Below, one piece after another: positions 58,560 through 64,000 of a stretch of 64,000 nucleotides of DNA (positions are counted from its first letter, which is position 1; each line of letters opens with the position of its first letter). Position numbers and translations under genes: made by a program. The stretch covers positions 2,336,001 through 2,400,000 of the forward strand of contig OY761158.1 in NCBI GenBank assembly GCA_963664405.1, written 5' to 3'. The notes under the pieces are model-generated. The model saw nothing but the letters and a program-made list of their open reading frames with translations, had not been told where the DNA came from and made no database searches. The stretch comes from Thermoanaerobaculia bacterium (GTDB lineage Bacteria > Acidobacteriota > Thermoanaerobaculia > Multivoradales > Multivoraceae).

Positions 58560-58736
58560 CTAGACCAGCGTTTCCAAAGTTCGCGCACAGATCTCGGCCC
58601 CTTCTGCTCGCTGGCGGCGTTGGCTAGGCGCCCCCCCGCTCCTCGACATATTCCCAATATGCCTGCGTCGGTGCGCCTTGCCAGCAAACAGAATGACCTC
58701 GAGCTATGTACACGAACTTTGGAAACACTGGTCTAG
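58560..58736. mobile_element. CTAG-bounded MITE/REP-like hairpin element, copy 2 (inverted)
   Basis: Same terminal inverted repeats as 943-1107; the reverse complement aligns along the whole length apart from a central insert of about 12 bp. Confidence 0.85.
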
Positions 58737-59251
58737 TAGCTACCCATCTCGAGCACGGCCGAGGCCAGCTCGTTGATCTCGTCACCCATTCGATGCACAG
58801 CCTTGACCGTCAGGTAGTAGCGATTCCCTCTACCCCCGGAGCAAGGAGGCAGATAAGCGCCGGCCTTGTCCCAGTTCGGCGCCTTGTGCTCCATGGCGAC
58901 AAAGAAGGGAGCCTCGAGGTCGCTCGTATGACCTGGTGCCCGTGGCACTGTGACCTCGGTCGTCCCTGAAGAGAGCGAGAACCCGACCTTGCCATGGCCA
59001 CCGTTATCCATCGCGGCTACGGACCCATCGCTGAACTCGAGCACCAGAGCATTGGCCTTGTCCGGGATTCCGCTCACCTCGAGCTCGGGAGTCTTGCCTG
59101 CACCGCCGAACTTCTGGCACTGCTCTCCCTCCGGCACCTTTGCACCGTCCCAAACCGGATCGCTGAAAGAAGCCGAGAAATCGCCGGCGGCGAGTGGCGC
59201 GGACAGGATGAGAGCCGAGACGAGAACTAAGAGCTGAGAATGACGAAACAT
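58733..59251 (-). CDS. Exported YbhB/YbcL (PEBP)-like protein
   Basis: Signal peptide; TPEL...IP..A..LVL, GGHG, YLPPCSGGRG..Y.LTVKA. Confidence 0.7.
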   Translation of the reverse strand: MFRHSQLLVLVSALILSAPLAAGDFSASFSDPVWDGAKVPEGEQCQKFGGAGKTPELEVSGIPDKANALVLEFSDGSVAAMDNGGHGKVGFSLSSGTTEVTVPRAPGHTSDLEAPFFVAMEHKAPNWDKAGAYLPPCSGGRGNRYYLTVKAVHRMGDEINELASAVLEMGSY

Positions 59252-59278
59252 GGCTTCCTCCTCGGAAGTGGCTTGGGA

Positions 59279-60376
59279 CTAAATGACACCTAGCTCGACC
59301 AACGAATCACCGGTGTCCTTGAGAGTCTCGAGTACTGTGTGGGTCTCGAGACCCAGCTCGTTGATCGCTTTGGTGCATTTCGCAAGCGGCTGGTTGGGCG
59401 TGGGCGGTGGCTGGTAGTCGCCGCCTACATTACGGTCGGGGTAGAGCTCCCGCAAAGTATCGATGAGCTCTCGGACTGTCAGCTCACCGGACGCATCCGT
59501 CGCCACCAGCATGTAGCGCGAGCCGTTCCGAGCCACGCCACTGGTTGCGGCCAGGCGCTGCGCCTGTGCGATGTCGCGCACATCAATGATATTCCACAAC
59601 ATGTTGGGGCGACCTTCGTGACCACCCTCGCCCTGGAGCATCAGCCCGATGCGGCGTTGCCATCCGGTGTTCTGTGACTTTCCCAAGATCGGGCCGAGCA
59701 CATGGCAGGGGTTGATCGAGACCACGTCGATTCCGAACTCTTCCCCGAAGGAGTAGGCGTACCGCTCGGCTTCGACCTTGCCCATCGCATAGGGTTGCCG
59801 CTCGAGAGTCCAAAGCTTGTGGACCTTGCCGGTCCGCGGGCTGGTGACGGTCCACCTGGCCTCGATCGTCTCGTAAGGACCAGGGCCGGCCCAGTCGTCG
59901 TCTTTGTACTCGTAGCCGCTGGCGTCGCTCCCGCCTTCCCCCACGCCCATCACCGCTGCCGTCGAAGAGGTGTAGACGACACGCTTCACGGTTCCAGCCT
60001 TGCGACAGGACTCGAGAACCCCCTTGGTGGTCGTCATACAACCATCGAAGGTTCGCTGGGGGTTGCGCTCTCCATAGGTCGGATCGCTGCCGAGATCGGC
60101 GGCGACGTGGAAGACGGCAACGCAACCGGCAAAGACGTCGTCATAGGCACCCTCATTTGCCTTGAACAGGTCACAGGAGAAGACCTCCAAGCTTCCCGAC
60201 CCCTTGCCGTTCATCGCCAACAGATACGACACTTTGTCTTCGCGACTGGCGTCGCGGACGCAGGCACGAATCGTGTATCCGGCTTCCACCAGATTCTTGG
60301 TGACGTGAGATCCGATGTAGCCCGAAGCGCCGGTCACGGCGACGGGTCCTTCAGAGGGTCCGGAGATCGGGGGCAT
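59279..60376 (-). CDS. NAD-dependent epimerase/dehydratase (dihydroflavonol reductase-like SDR)
   Basis: VTGASGYIG, FHVA, YTSSTAAV, YAMGK, IDVRDIA. Confidence 0.88.
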   Translation of the reverse strand: MPPISGPSEGPVAVTGASGYIGSHVTKNLVEAGYTIRACVRDASREDKVSYLLAMNGKGSGSLEVFSCDLFKANEGAYDDVFAGCVAVFHVAADLGSDPTYGERNPQRTFDGCMTTTKGVLESCRKAGTVKRVVYTSSTAAVMGVGEGGSDASGYEYKDDDWAGPGPYETIEARWTVTSPRTGKVHKLWTLERQPYAMGKVEAERYAYSFGEEFGIDVVSINPCHVLGPILGKSQNTGWQRRIGLMLQGEGGHEGRPNMLWNIIDVRDIAQAQRLAATSGVARNGSRYMLVATDASGELTVRELIDTLRELYPDRNVGGDYQPPPTPNQPLAKCTKAINELGLETHTVLETLKDTGDSLVELGVI

Positions 60377-60468
60377 GGCCAGGTTTCCTTTCTTCGTCAG
60401 CTCACACTTCTATCACGAGCCGACCCCATCGCGATCAGCGACCAACCCAGACCCCCGCTCGCACGGCA

Positions 60469-62418
60469 TCAGGGAAGCGAGAGTGCGATGAGGCCCGCGT
60501 CCCCACCACCCCCTCGGGCGAAGGCGATGTACTGCTTGCCCCCGGCCAGGTAGCTCATCGGAGTCCCGGACGGAGTCCCTTCGATCATGAGCTCGTGGAC
60601 GACCTCGCCGGTCTTCTTGTCGAAGGCGCGGAAGTAGGAGTCGCCACCCGTAGCGCCGAAGATCTCGGGAACCGCGCCCTGGGCGAGAAAGAGCAAGCTC
60701 TTGGTGAGAAGTGGCCCGCCGCCGTAGGTCATTCCCCCCACCGGTCCGGGGTCCGGAATTCCCATTTCGATCAGTTCCTGACGAATGCCCTCGCCGTGAG
60801 GAACCTGCCAGGCGATCTCGCCGGTACCCAGATCGATCGCGGTGATCCGACCATAGGGGGGCTTGGTGAGTGGGAGACCGCGAGGACCCTCGAGCCGACG
60901 CACCCCTGCCGGCCGCCCTCGCACATAGCGAAAGTTGGAGCGCGCCGGGTCGGGCTCGTTGAGGCCGACAAAGATCGGACTGGTGTTCGACGGCACGTAG
61001 AGAGTGCCGGTATCGACGTCGACCGCCGCGCCCATCCAGTTCGCGCCGCCGCCCCAGCCCGGCAGTTGAATCGTACCGTTATTGGTCTCGGTGATGACCG
61101 TCGGCGGCGTGAACATCGGTCCCACGGTGTAACTCTCGAGGATCTCCAACGCCTCCGCCCGCAGCTCCGGCGTAAAGTCGATGAGGTGGTCACGGATGTC
61201 GCCCTGATAGTCGAAGGCGGGCGGCTTGGTCGGGAAGGGCTGGGTCGGGGACGCCTGCTCACCCGGGACGTCGCTCTTCGGCGCCGCACGCTCTTCGATT
61301 GGCCAGATCGGCTCCCCCGTGACCCGGTCGAAGACGTAAGTGAAGGCCTGCTTGGTCACCACCGCCACCCCTTTGACGGCTTTGCCATTCACCACCGTAT
61401 CGAAGAGCGTCGGCGCGGCCGGGATGTCGTAGTCCCACAGTCCGTGGTGAATCAATTGGTAGTGCCACACCAGCTCGCCGGTCTCCGCCTTGACGCAGAC
61501 GATCGACTCCGCGAAGACGTTGTCGCCGGACCGGTGCCCGCCGTACCAATCGTTGGTCGGGGTGCCGAAGGGAAGGTAGATCAGGCCGAGCTCGGTGTCG
61601 GCGGTCATATTGGTCCACACATTGGCGTTGCCCGAATAGTCGGCGGACCCGTCGAGCCAAGTGTCATAGCCCGTCTGGCCGGGAAGTGGTGGGTTGTGGA
61701 AGGTCCACACCAACTCGCCCGAGCGCACGTCGAAAGCACGCACATCCCCGGGCGGCATCTCCTTGCGTACAGGACCGTCCATGATCGACGAGCCGACCAC
61801 GACCACATTGCCGACGACCAGCGGCGAGGACACGTTGCCGATGTTGCGACGGTTCGGGGTGCGGCGGAGAGTCGCGGCCAGATCGACTCGGCCCCCTTCG
61901 CCAAAGCTCTCGATCGGCTTCCCGGTCTTGGCGTCGATCGCCCACAGACTCGCGTCGCCACTGGGCTGCAGGATCCGCTCCTCTTCCCCATCGGTCCAAT
62001 AGCCGACGCCACGGCTATTGAAGCCGAGGTTGGTTGGGCGCCCAGCCTCTCGGCTCTTGGTGTCGAAGGTCCAGAGGGTCTCGCCGCTCTTCGCGTCGAT
62101 CGAGGCCACGAAGCCCAGCGAAGTATTGATGAAGAGACGGCCGCCAACCATCAGCGGAGTCGACTTGAAGGAGGCCGGTTGCGAGCGGCGATCCTCACCA
62201 GCGGCTCCGTTGTCCGGAGAGTCCCAGGTCCAAGCGACTTCGAGATTCTTGACATTGTCGGCGTTGATCTGATCGAGCGCCGTGTACTGAGTCGAACCGT
62301 GGTCTCCGTGGTAGGAGACCCACTCTCCGTTGGGGGCGCCGTGCTGGGCAAACAGCGGCAGGGTCGAAAACAGCAGGGCCCACGAAGCGGAGGCACTCCA
62401 GCGGATCGCTTTCTTCAC
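60469..62418 (-). CDS. PQQ-dependent (glucose/quinate-type) dehydrogenase, exported
   Basis: LDQINADNVKNL..AW, RAFDVRSG.LVW, HHGLWDYD, PTQPFP, GGGANW, KPPYG, TPMSY..GKQY; GTG start with RBS. Confidence 0.92.
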   Translation of the reverse strand: MKKAIRWSASASWALLFSTLPLFAQHGAPNGEWVSYHGDHGSTQYTALDQINADNVKNLEVAWTWDSPDNGAAGEDRRSQPASFKSTPLMVGGRLFINTSLGFVASIDAKSGETLWTFDTKSREAGRPTNLGFNSRGVGYWTDGEEERILQPSGDASLWAIDAKTGKPIESFGEGGRVDLAATLRRTPNRRNIGNVSSPLVVGNVVVVGSSIMDGPVRKEMPPGDVRAFDVRSGELVWTFHNPPLPGQTGYDTWLDGSADYSGNANVWTNMTADTELGLIYLPFGTPTNDWYGGHRSGDNVFAESIVCVKAETGELVWHYQLIHHGLWDYDIPAAPTLFDTVVNGKAVKGVAVVTKQAFTYVFDRVTGEPIWPIEERAAPKSDVPGEQASPTQPFPTKPPAFDYQGDIRDHLIDFTPELRAEALEILESYTVGPMFTPPTVITETNNGTIQLPGWGGGANWMGAAVDVDTGTLYVPSNTSPIFVGLNEPDPARSNFRYVRGRPAGVRRLEGPRGLPLTKPPYGRITAIDLGTGEIAWQVPHGEGIRQELIEMGIPDPGPVGGMTYGGGPLLTKSLLFLAQGAVPEIFGATGGDSYFRAFDKKTGEVVHELMIEGTPSGTPMSYLAGGKQYIAFARGGGGDAGLIALSLP

Positions 62419-62521
62419 ACGAGACTCCTCTTGGCCAGCAGGCTCCGGAACCGGCACCCTATCGAAACGAGCGGCGGCTCACCACCGCTGGCAATTTCGG
62501 CAGGATGTGGCCGGGAGTCGG

Positions 62522-63793
62522 TCAGGAGACCGCGATCGATTGACGGGACGGCGAGGTCGCACCGGCGAGATAAGTGGACAGGTGCGAGCTCAGGTCGCGC
62601 GCGTCGTCCTCGGCGCCGTTGATGAAGCTGGACTTGCGCCGTCGTAGAAACGGCAAGCCAAGGGCGTAGAGACCCGGCGCCTCAACCACACCGCCCTCAT
62701 GGCGCAGACGACCCTTTCGGTCAAGCACCGGCACGTCGAGCCAACGATAGTCGGGGCGGAACCCGGTTGCCCAGAGGATCGAAGTGATCTCGCCACTGGT
62801 GAGGTCGAGATCGAGCCTTGCAGGCTCAGGTACTCGTGTCGGCTCGAAGGGCGCCCGCGCCTCGCTGCCGACTCCATGACCATTGCCGTCGGCCCACTCG
62901 TCGAAGGTGTCGAGCAAGCGCTCCATCTTCAGATCGGCGAGCGCGCACTGATTGCGTAGCCCGCCGGAAAACTGTGCCTTACCGTCTCGGATCCCCGCCA
63001 GCCGACCCACCACCTTCACTCCGGCATCGGTCAGCCCGTTGAGGTCGAGGGTCGAGCGCTCGGGCGTACCCACCAGCTGCGGCGAGGGGACGCCTCGAGC
63101 CCGGACGATGTCGTCGACTTCGTCGTAACGTTGGTCCCAGACGCCGGCGGCGTCCATCCACCAGAGCACGTCGCGGCCGCGGTAGGTCCTGGGCATACGA
63201 ACGTGCTCTCCAACCGACAGTGTCACCGGGCGGCCAGAGCGATGAATCTCTTCGGCCAGCTGCAAGCCGGTGGCGGAAGCGCCGACCACCATCACGCCGC
63301 CGTCGGGCAAACTCTCAGGATTGGAATAGGCCATCGGCGTTACGCACTCGATTTACCGCGGCACTTCGACACTGACCGCCGGTACGATCGGAATGTTGCA
63401 TGCACCGCTGGCCAGAACAACGGATCGGCTGTGCCAATTGCCGTTCTCCGTGGCCACCTGGTAGCCGTCGTCGGTCCGAGAAACCGACGTCACCGTGGTA
63501 TTGGTTCGCACGGGCGCGTCCACCGCCTGGGCGTAGCTCGAGACAAAGTCGACCACCTCGGCCACGGCCATGAAGCCGTCTGAATCGGTCCCTTCATAGC
63601 CATGGCCGGGAAGTCGGGTTTGCCAGTTCGGAGTGAGCAAGCGCAACGAATCCCAGCGCTCTTTGCGCCACGAGTTGGCGACCTCGCCGCGCTCGAGGAC
63701 CACGTGGTCGATCGAGCGCTCGGTGAGACAGGAGCTCATCGCCAGCCCGGCGTGACCGGCACCGATGATGACTGTGTTTACGTTGCTCGACAT
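62522..63793 (-). pseudogene. Flavin-dependent oxidoreductase (FMO-like), frameshifted near 63355
   Basis: IIGAGHAG and ERWDSLRLLTPNW in one frame; VVGASATG and WATGFRPDY in another. Confidence 0.85.
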
Positions 63794-63830
63794 CTGGCTC
63801 GTCCTCCGCGGACGCCTCCAACCGCAATCT

Positions 63831-64000
63831 TCACTTATTGACCTCAACCGTCACATTGGTCGGGTTGGTCATGATGTCGAAGACCGCCGAGCGCTTCTGG
63901 GACTGCGCGACCAGCGCTTCGATGTCTTTCTGCGACGCATCGGCATCGATGTCGAAGCTGACCTTGACGTCGTCGTAGCCGTTGCGAACTTCTTTGTCGG
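63831..64000 (-). CDS. OsmC family protein, C-terminal part (runs off window)
   Basis: VRNGYDDVKVSFDIDADA...LVAQSQKRSAVFDIMTNPT.V. Confidence 0.75.
   Translation of the reverse strand, partial: DKEVRNGYDDVKVSFDIDADASQKDIEALVAQSQKRSAVFDIMTNPTNVTVEVNK

Noticed and set aside
58326-58736. Small ORFs overlapping MITE copies (also 653-973, 912-1124, 47283-47504)
   Set aside because: The shared peptides (NFGNAGL, RTLETLV) are translations of the terminal inverted repeat.
60595-62622. 675-aa plus-strand ORF and similar long antisense ORFs (e.g. 11714-12928, 33915-34976)
   Set aside because: Shadows of real genes on the opposite strand, common in GC-rich DNA, with no motifs.
1-64000. CRISPR array, tRNA or rRNA genes
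   Set aside because: No regularly spaced repeats or recognisable structural RNA genes were found by eye.

Overview
This is GC-rich bacterial DNA. The VWA, CRTAC1, FG-GAP (with its Cys-bounded C-terminal domain), TonB and TPR proteins point to Acidobacteriota, probably Thermoanaerobaculia; this is inference. Most of the window is transport and metabolic backbone: a split tctC/tctBA transporter, PQQ dehydrogenases, two sulfatase-like genes, a TonB receptor-CRTAC1-TPR module, oppABCDF with a two-domain M42 peptidase, an RND pump, riboflavin synthase and a RelE-type toxin-antitoxin pair. A nested mobile-element cluster (about 5.9-15.2 kb) holds IS481, IS1182 and IS3 remnants. The most striking feature is a 3.35 kb large-serine-recombinase (LSR) element at 6094-9446, bounded by inverted half-sites around a repeated TT core. 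Its first gene (DUF5372-like) has no obvious start at the left end, while a strong RBS and in-frame GTG sit at the right end, so the gene would be complete only on the excised circle. A CTAG-bounded hairpin MITE family sits on stop codons. Many frameshifts and in-frame deletions suggest either genome decay or long-read assembly error. All family assignments are from motif recognition, not database searches.
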